The translations under genes were made by a program, and so were the position numbers. DNA of 64,000 bases from a virus, in the IMG/VR virus record IMGVR_UViG_3300024270_000013, positions 48,575 to 112,574 of that record. One strand, written 5' to 3'. Positions 40,446-50,343 of the stretch are shown here, piece after piece. Numbering within the stretch: the first letter of the stretch is position 1; each line of letters opens with the position of its first letter. The notes beneath the pieces were generated by a model that had not been told where the DNA came from, ran no database searches, and worked only from the letters and a program-made list of their open reading frames with translations.

Positions 40446-42647
40446 ATGGCTACAGATTTAAAATTAAAAACTGGTACCATTAGTAATTATAATAATATTA
40501 CTACAAAAGAAGATGGTACCATTTATTTTGCGACTGACACTGATGGTCGTGCTTATATATATTTAAATGGAAATAATATTGTGCCAAAGTTAGCTGATCT
40601 TCGCAATGGTGGATTGGGTGTTGATTTAACAAATGCCGCGGCTTATTCAGTTCTTCTGCGCGGTAATGGTAGTTACGATACTACTTATGCAGCTCCCACT
40701 TCTGGTGCATTTTATACTGATTCTACAAGCAATAAGCCAAAATTTGGTATATTACCCGTCGCTTAGGGTGGTAGTGGCGTAACATCTATTCCTAAAGGTG
40801 CAATTCTATATGGTAATGTTTCTAGTACGACAGGAGCAATTTCTACATTATCTCCGACTACCAATGGTTATATTCTTGTATCTACTGGCGCAAATAAAGC
40901 TCCAGCTTATGTAAAACCAACAATGAGTTGGACTAATGGTTCTACTGCAGGACCTATTTTTAATTTTACATTTAATACTAAAGAAGGTGCTGAAGTAAAA
41001 TTTGCTGGCGTTGCAATTCCAAAAGCTAGTGATTCTATTTCTGGTATTGTTACTACTGATGGACAAACATTTACCGGCGAAAAAACATTTATGAGCACAA
41101 CATATGCTTCTAGCATTTATCCTAGAACAAGCGGTAGTTATAGCTTAGGTTATTATACTAGCTCTAGTGATTATAAGCTTTGGAATTAGATTCATGTTTA
41201 GCATTTAAATGTCTATGGGGCAGAAAATAAATTAATTATATAGTCTAGTGAAACTGAAACAAATATCAGCTATGAAGATAAAGGAAACGCTATTCTAACT
41301 ATTGGTAATACTGGAGATGGAACTTCTCTAGGTGATAAGGATGGTATGCTAAGATTAGCATATGGAACAGGCTATGCTTCATTATCTGCTGTTGGCACTG
41401 GTACGTATACATTGCCAAGTAGCGGTGGTATGATTATGGTACGAACCGGTGAAGTCAATAATACAACTGCTCAAACTTGGTATATTCCATTTTAGACCTC
41501 TATGTCGGTATTTGACGCGGCTTATGGCTACAATGATGGATTTAGATTATATCATTAGAATGGTACTACCTCGACGACTGCGGGAAAATCTTATTTATAT
41601 TTAGGTAATAGCACTAAAGTCGGTCTTGCAGGGAATAAGGAAGGTCGTATTTTATTATACGGAGATAATACTGGATCAACTACTATTCGTCCAAATTAGT
41701 CCAATAGCACTTCAACATACACCGTATCTTTACCAGCAGCTTCTGGTGAATTAGTTTATCATACTGAAAATTCCGCACAAGGTGGTTCTGGTCGACTAAT
41801 TTCTGTATCTGCGGCTGGTCAAGTTGTTGCAGATACTACAACTGATATCGCTAGCGATATTAAGTTAATGTATTTGAAAGATGGTTTATTAACTGCCTCT
41901 GCCGCAACCAAAGGTTCTGGCGTTAAATTAATACATTTGTCTAGCGGTGCGATTACTGAATCAACTTCTGATGTCGCCTCAGGCACTGAACTGATATATT
42001 TAGCTAGTGGTACATTAACCAAATCTACTTCAGGAGTTGCTGGTTCAAAGCAACTAATGTATTTAGCTAGTGGTAAATTAACTGCTTCTGATGCAAATGA
42101 GGGTAATGGAACAAGACCTGTTTATTTATTAGATGGTGTTATTACTGCTTCTACTAGTAGTGTTGCCACCAGTACTCAATTAATGTATATGAGTAATGGT
42201 ACTCTTACTCCATCTACTGCTAATGTCGGTAGCGCAACACAACCTGTTTATTTACTTGATGGTGTGGTAACTGCGGCTGGCGCTTACTCGTCTCTATTGA
42301 CCGCATTCAGTGGTGCTGATAGTGCAAGTGATAATACAATGTCTATTACTGTGGGTGGTACCACAGATACGGCCACTATCATTGGCGGAGTGTCTAATAC
42401 TTGGACAAATGGCACTACAAATGGTCCCACTTTAAGCACTACCGTTAATGGTATTACTGGTACTGCAGCGTAGATTCCAAATGCTTCTTATAGTTATTCC
42501 GGTGCAGTAACTACAAGTACATAGACATTTAAAGGTGTAAAAACTTTTGGTGATGGTATGAAAGTTTCTGCTGCTGGTTCTACTACTGACTGTGCGACAT
42601 TTACTTATGATGCAAGTACAGATACTTTAACTATTAGTTTCCCTTAA
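40446..42647 (+). CDS. Tail fibre, about 733 aa, with the fibre N-terminal motif and internal tandem ~20-aa repeats. TAG read through.
   Basis: RBS GAGGAAAGGAGAACA. N-terminus MATDLKLKTGTISNYNNITTKEDGTIYFATDTDGRAYIYLNG. Pieces 40446, 40923 and 41868 are in frame 0 and separated only by TAG. Ends at TAA 42645-42647. Confidence 0.65.
41880..42290 (+). repeat. Coding tandem repeats, about 6 units of roughly 20 aa, inside the fibre gene.
   Basis: KLIHLSSGAITESTSDVASG / TELIYLASGTLTKSTSGVAGS / KQLMYLASGKLTASDANEGNG / TRPVYLLDGVITASTSSVATS / TQLMYMSNGTLTPSTANVGSA / TQPVYLLDGVVTAAG. Confidence 0.6.
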
Positions 42648-42665
42648 TATAATTTTTAAAGCGAG

Positions 42666-42706
42666 ATAGATATTTTATCTATCTCGCTTTTTTTGTTTTA
42701 ATTAAA
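42666..42706 (+). terminator. Rho-independent terminator
   Basis: AAAGCGAGATAGATATTTTATCTATCTCGCTTT hairpin followed by TTTTTGTTTT. Confidence 0.75.
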
Positions 42707-42865
42707 AATACCTAAAAACATATTTTTTAGGTTTCCTAAAAAACCTCTTAAGGTCCCGAAGTGGTGGACGTTTGGACAAAAGAGGGTAATTTTCCCATCC
42801 TAATTTTCATAATACTATGAGGGGATGGATAAGAAAATTTTTTGTATGGAGAGGAGACCTTACAT

Positions 42866-43309
42866 ATGTATTCAAACTATAATTATTATCCACAGCAACC
42901 CGTGCAACAGACCCAGCAAATCACCCAATAGCAACCAATGTACCAAGTACCGAATTACTTACGGCAGGCGCCGCCGCAAGTAAATTTAAAAGGTAGATTA
43001 GTTAGCTCATTGGAAGAGGCCCGTGCAACCTCTATTGATTTCGATGGTTCTGTATTCTACTTCCCAGATTTGGCGAACAAACGAATCTACACAAAACAAA
43101 TAAATATGGATGGCACTGCTTCACTATATGTATATGAATTAAGGGAAATGCCCGTTGAAGAAGAAAAAAGCAGCTTAGTTCCATCCGTTGAGAAATTTGT
43201 TACGCGAGAAGAGTTTGAGCGGGTCCTGGCGCAATTATTGCCCCAGAAGCCAACCGAGCCGGCCGCACCCGCCCCGCAAAAAGAGAAAGTAGAACTTTTA
43301 TCATTCTAA
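42866..43309 (+). CDS. Gln-rich hypothetical protein, about 147 aa. One TAG in a poly-Q context.
   Basis: RBS GGAGAGGAG. N-terminus MYSNYNYYPQQPVQQTQQITQ[TAG]QPMYQ…, so the TAG lies inside a Q run. Ends at TAA. Confidence 0.55.
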
Positions 43310-43319
43310 GGAGGTATGA

Positions 43320-43574
43320 ATGATGTATCCAGTAGATCCCAATGTTTTAATTTCAATGATTAGGTCTGGTAAAAACCCTCAATAGTTAATGTTATCCGTG
43401 CTTTAGGGTCAGGCCTACAATAATCCCCTCGGAAGAAATCTCCTGAGTTTAGCTCAACAGGGTCGCACTGCGGAACTAGAGAAAGTAGTTCGCAATATTT
43501 ACGCTCAATAGGGCGGTTAGGATTTCGACTCTGAATTTGAAGCCTTCAAACGTGCATTAGGCTACAACAACTAA
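43320..43574 (+). CDS. Small hypothetical protein, about 84 aa, with 4 in-frame TAG.
   Basis: RBS AAGGAGGT immediately upstream. The frame is open to TAA 43572-43574 apart from TAG. Confidence 0.35.
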
Positions 43575-43594
43575 AATTTAAGGAGGAAAAAATT

Positions 43595-44302
43595 ATGTTT
43601 AATGGAAAAGGTTACAATTTATCTGACATCGCCGCTGTAACTGGCCGCAATGGTGACGGTATGTTCGGTGATAATGGCTGGTGGATCATTTTATTGTTCT
43701 TATTTGCTGGTTGGGGCCGCGGTGGATTCGGCGGCTTTGGCGGAGGCGTAGAAGGCGTTCCCGCAACCCAGGCTGATGTAAGAGCAGCTGTCGATCAGCA
43801 GACTTTGATTTCCAAATTGGATAATCAGACTTATGGCTTGGCAGATAGCACTTACGCTTTGAATAACTCTATTATGAGTGGCTTCCATGGCGTAGATACT
43901 GCTGTTTGCACTCTTGGCTATAATATGCAGAATGGTTTCAATACTATTGCTCATCAGATTAGTGATTGTTGCTGCGAGACCGGTCGCGCAATTGAGCGTG
44001 GCTTCGCAGACACCAATTACAATTTAGCAACTCAAGCTTGCGACACTCGTCGCGCTATTGCTGATAGCACTCGTGATATTATTGATGCCAACAATGCAGG
44101 CGTACGCTCTATCTTAGACTTCTTGACTAATGATAAGATCGCTACCTTGCAGGCAGAGAATCAGGGCTTGCGCTTTGCCGCATCTCAGGCCGCACAGAAC
44201 GCTTACTTAGTAAACGAATTGCGTCCATGCCCCGTTCCCGCCTATACTGTACCTAATCCCTACTGCTGCAATACCTATTATGGTGGCTGCGGCGCATTCT
44301 GA
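43595..44302 (+). CDS. Membrane-anchored Gly/Cys-rich protein (235 aa). No TAG.
   Basis: RBS AAGGAGGAAAAAATT-ATG. Hydrophobic helix WWIILLFLFAGW followed by GRGGFGGFGGG. The C-terminus is Cys-rich (DCCCETG…CDTRR…CPVPAYTVPNPYCCNTYYGGCGAF). Ends at TGA. Confidence 0.65.
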   Translation: MFNGKGYNLSDIAAVTGRNGDGMFGDNGWWIILLFLFAGWGRGGFGGFGGGVEGVPATQADVRAAVDQQTLISKLDNQTYGLADSTYALNNSIMSGFHGVDTAVCTLGYNMQNGFNTIAHQISDCCCETGRAIERGFADTNYNLATQACDTRRAIADSTRDIIDANNAGVRSILDFLTNDKIATLQAENQGLRFAASQAAQNAYLVNELRPCPVPAYTVPNPYCCNTYYGGCGAF

Positions 44303-44318
44303 TAAGGAGGTCTGATTT

Positions 44319-44741
44319 ATGGAAATTATTGCTAATGCTGTATAGACTGTCCCAGCAAATCAAAATGTTTATTTCACAGACACCGTTATTTGTGGCAATA
44401 TGTCCATAGGTCATAGAGACGATTCTGGTTTGGTGACTCTTCGCGGAGTCACCAACTCCCAGTGCCGCGCTCGTTTTATGGTGACTTTTGGCGGCAATAT
44501 TGCTGTTCCCACAGATGGAACTGTCGGCCCAATCTCTTTGGCTATTGCTATTGATGGTGAGCCCGTTCCTGCTACTACTATGATTATTACCCCCGCCGCA
44601 GTTGAACAGTTCTTCAATGTGAAGTCAAGTGTATTTATTGACGTTCCTCGCGGATGTTGCGTTAGTGTTAGCGTGAAGAATACATCTACTGACGCAGTAG
44701 TTGTTCAAAATGCGAACTTAATTGTTACTCGTGAAGCATAA
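44319..44741 (+). CDS. Hypothetical beta-rich protein, about 140 aa. Possibly a jelly-roll/TNF-like fold resembling exosporium BclA/ExsF-type C-terminal domains. One TAG at codon 9.
   Basis: RBS AAGGAGGTCTGATTT-ATG. Alternating beta-strand pattern …VPTDGTVGPISLAIAIDGEPVP…VFIDVPRGCCVSVSVKN…NANLIVT. The resemblance is from memory and is not verified. Confidence 0.55.
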
Positions 44742-44755
44742 GGAGGGGTGACTGT

Positions 44756-45394
44756 ATGAGCCATGAAAAATTAAAATGGATGAAAGATTCATTAATTTGT
44801 GTAGTTGAAAATCAATTATGTAACCTTAGCGAAGTAGATACCGAAGAGCTTGGAGAAGCTATTGATATGATTAAGGATTTGGAAGAAGCTATCTACTATT
44901 GCACTGTTACTGAAGCGATGAATCATCAAGGCAAAGAAATGAAAATGAAAAATGGCGACCATCATCAGAAGCCTGAGGATGATCGCATGTATTATAGTGG
45001 TGGCTATCCTGCAATGTATGCGGATGGCGGTCGTAATCGTCGCGCAGATGGCACTTTCTATGCCGATGGTGGTCAGAATCATATGGGTGGTACCCAGAAT
45101 TACGCTGATTCTGGCGACATGAGTGGTACTAATAGTTCCAATGGTCGTAACTACTATGACGGGCCTATGTGGCGCGACGAGCGCGAAGGCCGCAGTTACA
45201 ATAGTCGCAGAATGTATATGGAAGCCAAGGAAATGAAACGAGATAAAGCTTCTCAATTACGTGAATTGGAGAAGTATATGCAGGAGTTGTCTCAAGACAT
45301 TACTGAAATGATTGCAGATGCCTCTCCAGAAGAAAAGCAGTATCTTGAGAAGAAAATTACCGCACTGGCTTCTAAGATCGGTCAGATGAAATGA
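44756..45394 (+). CDS. Low-complexity Gly/Asn/Tyr/Arg-rich protein (212 aa) flanked by helical ends. No TAG.
   Basis: RBS AAGGAGGGGTGACTGT-ATG. The central region …YYSGGYPAMYADGGRNRRADGTFYADGGQNHMGGTQNYADSGDMSG… is low complexity. Ends at TGA in an ATGA overlap with the next gene. Confidence 0.65.
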   Translation: MSHEKLKWMKDSLICVVENQLCNLSEVDTEELGEAIDMIKDLEEAIYYCTVTEAMNHQGKEMKMKNGDHHQKPEDDRMYYSGGYPAMYADGGRNRRADGTFYADGGQNHMGGTQNYADSGDMSGTNSSNGRNYYDGPMWRDEREGRSYNSRRMYMEAKEMKRDKASQLRELEKYMQELSQDITEMIADASPEEKQYLEKKITALASKIGQMK

Positions 45395-45702
45395 TTATCA
45401 ATGGAGTTGTCTGGCGAGTCCGATTGGTCTCGCCAGCACATCCTTTGTTACTAACTCCGTGGAAAACTCATGCTCTTGGAGTCTGTGATAAAGTCACTCA
45501 GACTATTTGCGTTGATAAGACCCTTTCCCCTCAACTTTTAAAAGAGGTCTTATGTCACGAAATCGTACACGCATTTATGTATAGTTACATGATTGACTTG
45601 TCCTATAGCGAGGAAGAGTTAGTGGCAGAATTGATGTCATAGTATGGAGAGGATATATTGTTAGAAACGAATGCAATTTATAATGGAATCAAAATGAAAT
45701 AA
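45391..45702 (+). CDS. Small HExxH protein, about 103 aa; putative zinc metallopeptidase-like. One TAG read through at 45640-45642.
   Basis: Motif LCHEIVHAF. The frame continues past the TAG for 20 codons to TAA 45700-45702. Confidence 0.45.
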
Positions 45703-45704
45703 AA

Positions 45705-45750
45705 AAAGGCTAGTTATGATTAATTTCATAACTAGCCTTTATTTTTTTTA
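45705..45750. terminator. Bidirectional rho-independent terminator
   Basis: GGCTAGTTATGATTAATTTCATAACTAGCC hairpin flanked by an A-run upstream and a T-run downstream. It serves convergent genes on both strands. Confidence 0.7.
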
Positions 45751-46329
45751 TGATGAAGGCACCCACGATGAGCCATTCCAAACATAGGGCATTGCCTATA
45801 TCCATGATGAACCATTCCAAATATAGGGAATTGCACTAACCCAAGAAGAACCATTCCAAATACGTACAGCTCCTGCGTCGCTCACTGATCCTCCATAATA
45901 TGAAGTTCCCCAAGTACCGGCGCACAAAACAGCAGTACTCCAATTGGGTATTCTAAATGTCATTTGTACATATACAGTTGCTCCTGGATTAACTAAAACA
46001 ATATCATTAAAAGTCCATTCACATTTTTTCATATTGTCATAAGTGGAATTATAACTAATATTATTTATTGTAATTTCACTAGAGCTAACAGTTTTACCTG
46101 TACTATCCGTAATGGAAGCTGTGATATAATATGTATTACCATTACCTGTCATACCTCCATATGTGCCGCTACCAGTACTAAAATACATAAAACAACTATT
46201 AATTTTTACTGGCTTGCCAGTGTCATTGTAATAGACAATCATTTGTCCACGAGTGGTAGAACCGGCTGCGGGAACCCAATAACTAAAATTACAACCGTGA
46301 CCTTCGGTGCTTACAATAGACCATCCCAT
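45748..46329 (-). CDS. Tail-fibre-like/receptor-binding-like protein on the opposite strand, about 193 aa, with C-terminal WNGSSW repeats. One TAG read through.
   Basis: Own RBS AAGGAGG before ATG 46329. C-terminus …VRIWNGSSWVSAIPYIWNGSSWI[TAG]AMPYVWNGSSWVPSS, ending at TAA. Confidence 0.55.
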
Positions 46330-46492
46330 AGATATCTTTCCTCCTTTTTCTCATTTTATCTATATAGATATAAAAAATCTAAATAAATTATTATTATATT
46401 TTGGCCTAAAATAAGAAAGAATAATAATAAAAAATTTAATATTATATAGAAATATAACTCTTTTTATTTTGAGAGAAAGGAGATTTTAATAT

Positions 46493-48229
46493 ATGGGAAC
46501 TTTGAAAGTTAATGGTAGTGTAAATATTTAGGATTTACTTACTTTAAAAAGTGGCACAGATGCTTACACCACACCTTCTATTGCTTTTGGAACTGATGTA
46601 CGAATTGGTTGTGGTTCAAAAAATTTTGGTATTTATTCCAGTAATAAAATTTATTTTAGACCAAACAATGGAACTTTAGGCTATTCTGATGGCATTGAAC
46701 TTTCTACTACATCGTTAATTCCTACAAAAAATAACACCGTTACATTAGGTGATTCAACGCATAAGTGGTCTAGTATATATGCAACTACATTTCATGGAAA
46801 TTTAAGTGGTAATGCTGATACTGCAAGCAGATTGCTTAATAAATACAATATTAGTGGTGATAGCCATAGCTTAGCCTTAAAAGCCGCATTTGATACTTAT
46901 AAAAATTCAACCCCAAAAGATGAGTTCTTAACATATTATTCTTCAGCTTATAATAATGGTAGTATGTATATGGGATATTTTATTAGCGGATATGATTCCA
47001 CTCCGTATGGAGGCTTTTATGTAGCTCATTATAATACTCCTTATTATGTTGGTATCTAGTATGGTAATTATGAACAATAGACTATATTAACTAGCTCTAA
47101 TTATGCGTCTTGGTGCGCCCCTGCATCACATACACATAGCTATTTACCATTAAGCGGAGGTACATTAACTGGAGCTGCAGCGATTAATTTTCCAGCGGGG
47201 TCAGTATCTGTTTCCGCAAGCACTCCAATGTCTTTATCTTACGGAAGATTAGCTTGTTATGGTACTTTATATATTAACGCAAATACTGATAATAGTGGAG
47301 ATGAATATGTCGTCATTACTGCGGGAAAGGGATTAAGTTCTTCTAATAGTGATGGTTTGGCTATCGGCTCTTCTAGCCTTACTTGGTAGGGATCTACTGT
47401 TTTAACCACCGGTAATTTTCCATCTTCAAGTTCTTTGGCTCGGTAGACAGACATGTGGATTAGTGCAGCTAGTTTGGATGTAAATACTTATTATCCAGTA
47501 GTAATTTCTTTACCAGCAAATGGTTTAAATAGAATTAAATTGGCAGTACAATTAAATAGTAGTACAAGACCTTCTTGGAGTACGCACAATAGAGGATTTA
47601 CTTCTAATATTGATGTAGAAATTATTTAGGCAGGATGGGGAACAGTTAGTCCATTTAGATATTTACTTCGTCAAGATGATTATAGCTTTGCTAATGTGAA
47701 ACCTGCTTATTTTGCGGGACAATTAAGTAATGCAAGTTTAGCTGTTTTTTATGTACGGGGTGGAGGATCTTATAGATTTATTTGTGACTGGGCAGATGCA
47801 TCTATATCGTTGAGAACGTCATCAACAGATTATAATGGATAGACAGTGGCACCTACAACGAGCACTTCTGTATTCCATAGCGGATCTAAGTCTCATTTGT
47901 ATTGTAATGTTGATTATGCTTCAGGCGCAGGTAATGCTGATACCTTGGATGGAAACCATGCTTCTGCTTTTGCATTAGCTTCTCATTCTCATTCATATCT
48001 TCCGCTGAGTGGTGGTACAATGAGTGGAACTATTATTACCCCTGGTAATGATAGTTCTGTTATTCGACCACCTAAAAGTAATTATGATCAAATTGGAGCT
48101 TCTGACTATTTATTTTGGAAGATGTTCGCTACATACGGTTATTTTAACTATGTTGTTACAACAAATTATGGTACTAGTGCTCCAACATCAACTTCTTTAC
48201 CTGTCGGTACTATTTATTATAAAATTTAA
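46493..48229 (+). CDS. Tail fibre/receptor-binding protein, about 578 aa. TAG read through.
   Basis: RBS GAGAGAAAGGAGA. Pieces 46832-47059 and 47846-48229 are in the same frame. Fibre-type motif WSSIYATTFHGNLSGNADTA. Ends at TAA. Confidence 0.6.
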
Positions 48230-48242
48230 TTATAAAAAAAAA

Positions 48243-48290
48243 TAAGGGCGAGACATTGATTAATTTCAATGTCTCGCCCTTTTTGCTATT
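48243..48290. terminator. Bidirectional rho-independent terminator between the convergent late (+) and early/lysis (-) modules.
   Basis: GGGCGAGACATTGATTAATTTCAATGTCTCGCCC hairpin flanked by an A-run upstream and a T-run downstream. Confidence 0.75.
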
Positions 48291-48338
48291 TTAGGGTCTG
48301 GGAGGTAATTGAATACATTGTTCATAATAAATCTTTGC

Positions 48339-48731
48339 CTATCCGTTGCCACCTAATCCGGTATATAATTTATAGAATTCATCTAATTGAGTTCTTTGCT
48401 CCATTGTAATATATCCTTGAGCCAAGAATCCTTTACATAACTGAACTAAACGGAAACGATAAGAGGCAATAATTAGATTCATATGAGATTGCTCAATATT
48501 CTTTGCATCTCGAATATGCTTTCTGATTTCTTCCAGCTCTTCATAAATTGGTTCTAATTTGATTTCAATAGAGTTTTCAATCTCTTTCTTTTCTTTTTCA
48601 GCAGCCAAATCTTTGGCACTTTGTAATTCTTTTTTCAGTTTATCACCATGCCACTTGGCCCAGCCCATAACGGCTGCACTAATCAAAGCAAATAAGATCT
48701 CTAAACCCCATTCTGCTAATAAAGCTTCCAT
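48339..48731 (-). CDS. Putative holin-like membrane protein (130 aa)
   Basis: N-terminal hydrophobic helix (LEILFALISAAVMGWAKW) followed by a charged coiled coil. Holin-like architecture only; there is no family-level match. Confidence 0.4.
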   Translation of the reverse strand: MEALLAEWGLEILFALISAAVMGWAKWHGDKLKKELQSAKDLAAEKEKKEIENSIEIKLEPIYEELEEIRKHIRDAKNIEQSHMNLIIASYRFRLVQLCKGFLAQGYITMEQRTQLDEFYKLYTGLGGNG

Positions 48732-48797
48732 AAAAAACTTTATCCCCCTTTCTACTTCTCTAACGATACTAAAGAAGCAGATAGGGGGATTATCTCA

Positions 48798-49292
48798 TTA
48801 GGACCAATCGAAGACATTACTTATGTCATAGTAATACAACGCAATACAAAGTGAGTCAGCCTCGTCTTCGGTGCATTTAATTCCGTATTCTTTTAAAACA
48901 TATGCTTGTGCCATTTTCTTTTCTTGCGGACGGCCTTTTCCAGCAATCTTGAAATGAGCCTTCCATTGAATTGGCATAGCGATACTATATGGCATTTTAA
49001 TTTCTGTTAATGTCTCGTGAACTACTCCGAAAGCTTCTGCTAAAATTTTAAATGTTTTAACACCTTTTTCTTTACTGCCATTTACATCTTGCAATTGAAT
49101 ATCTTCAAATACAACTTCATCAATGTCATATGTATCAATTAATTCAAGCACTTTTTTTCTTAGCTGTAATAATCTATCACCAAGGTCGTCACCGATACAT
49201 TCAAAATGACTAACCTTTACAATTTTTCCGTCATCAAGAACGGTATATCCAGTAGTGCGGGAAGATTGATCTAATGCTAAAATTTTAGCCAT
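48798..49292 (-). CDS. ruvC: RuvC-like Holliday junction resolvase
   Basis: MAKILALDQSSRTTGYTV… matches the N-terminal catalytic motif of RuvC (ILGIDPG…). The C-terminal EDEADSLCIALY matches the RuvC active-site region. No TAG. Confidence 0.7.
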   Translation of the reverse strand: MAKILALDQSSRTTGYTVLDDGKIVKVSHFECIGDDLGDRLLQLRKKVLELIDTYDIDEVVFEDIQLQDVNGSKEKGVKTFKILAEAFGVVHETLTEIKMPYSIAMPIQWKAHFKIAGKGRPQEKKMAQAYVLKEYGIKCTEDEADSLCIALYYYDISNVFDWS

Positions 49293-49824
49293 TGGTAGAT
49301 CCGAAGCCGCCGACGCGTTCACCAGAAGACACATCGTCTTCAGTTACGCCATAGGGTAAGATAATACCCTGTCCAATTGCTTCGCCTTCATGGATTTGAA
49401 TATTGAAGGGAGATAGATTATAAATCTGTAAGAAAATTTCACCCTCATTATCGGGATTGTTATAATAGTCAGCATCAATAATGCCAACTCCATTAGCAAG
49501 CATAAGCCAGTATTTCAAAGGAGAAGAACTGCGTACACTCAACTGCAAGAAGGTGCCAGGATCGAGCTTACACTTCATTCCAGTAGAAACTAAAGTGGGT
49601 CTATACTTAGTCAACTTAGTAAACTCAGCCATTTGATCGAGAGTAACATACTCTTCTTCCCCGACAGTCCATACTTCCTCAGCTTCTCCAGCAAGTTGAA
49701 ATACGGAAGGAATAATATAATCCTCTGCGGCGACCAGGTCATATCCTGCGGATTGACTGGTCTTGCGCACGGGCATTACGATTTCTTTGTCTGCATAACG
49801 GGATACTTTCTCGAACTTTGCCAT
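49285..49824 (-). CDS. dut: dUTP diphosphatase (dUTPase)
   Basis: Motifs SAGYDL, GIIDADY and GGFGSTNG at the C-terminus. RBS GAGAGGGG. No TAG. Confidence 0.85.
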   Translation of the reverse strand: MAKFEKVSRYADKEIVMPVRKTSQSAGYDLVAAEDYIIPSVFQLAGEAEEVWTVGEEEYVTLDQMAEFTKLTKYRPTLVSTGMKCKLDPGTFLQLSVRSSSPLKYWLMLANGVGIIDADYYNNPDNEGEIFLQIYNLSPFNIQIHEGEAIGQGIILPYGVTEDDVSSGERVGGFGSTNG

Positions 49825-49826
49825 AT

Positions 49827-50071
49827 TCTTAGCCCCTCTCGTAACTCACAGTGAAGACATCTTCAGGGTCTTTCTCTGCCGTAAAAACCTTGGTGGCTTG
49901 CACGACCATATATTCCTCAATAACTTCACCCTTAGCTTTGATCTACTTCACTTTATAACTGAAGCCAACAAGATCAAATGCGGGATCGTTTAGAAGCTCT
50001 TCATGCAGGACTTCTACAGCTGCCTCATCGGGTACTCTGTAAGTATCAACAGCTTTCAATAAATATCTCAT
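49827..50071 (-). CDS. Hypothetical protein, about 81 aa, with one in-frame TAG.
   Basis: ATG 50071 preceded by GAGGT. The open frame ends at TAA 49827-49829 and is not in the ORF track because of the TAG. Confidence 0.4.
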
Positions 50072-50072
50072 A

Positions 50073-50342
50073 TTATTTTACCTCAATCACAATATTATTT
50101 TTATGACTATAATTCATTTTAGAATACGCCAAAATGTCTTCTGACACCATGTGAGCGTAAGATAGATTGCCGCCTAGATGTACATTCGGAATACCGGTTT
50201 CCGCACATACCGCATTGATTACTTCTGGTAACTCTTCAATAGTAGCAATAGCAACACATTCTAAACTACCAGTTTCAGTATCATATACATAAATTTTTTG
50301 ACTTAAGTCAAAAATATGTAAATCACAATATATTTTTTTCAT
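50073..50342 (-). CDS. Hypothetical protein, about 89 aa.
   Basis: ATG 50342 preceded by GGAGGATAAG. Confidence 0.5.
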   Translation of the reverse strand: MKKIYCDLHIFDLSQKIYVYDTETGSLECVAIATIEELPEVINAVCAETGIPNVHLGGNLSYAHMVSEDILAYSKMNYSHKNNIVIEVK

Positions 50343-50343
50343 C

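Noticed and set aside
3282-48229. Interpreting the many short adjacent ORFs of the supplied track, such as the 12 pieces of the tape-measure gene and the 8 pieces of the giant fibre, as separate genes or as a degraded, pseudogenised prophage.
   Set aside because: All pieces of each gene are in one frame. Every junction I read is TAG, never TAA or TGA. Domains continue across junctions. The same holds for essential replication genes. This is the signature of codon reassignment, not decay.
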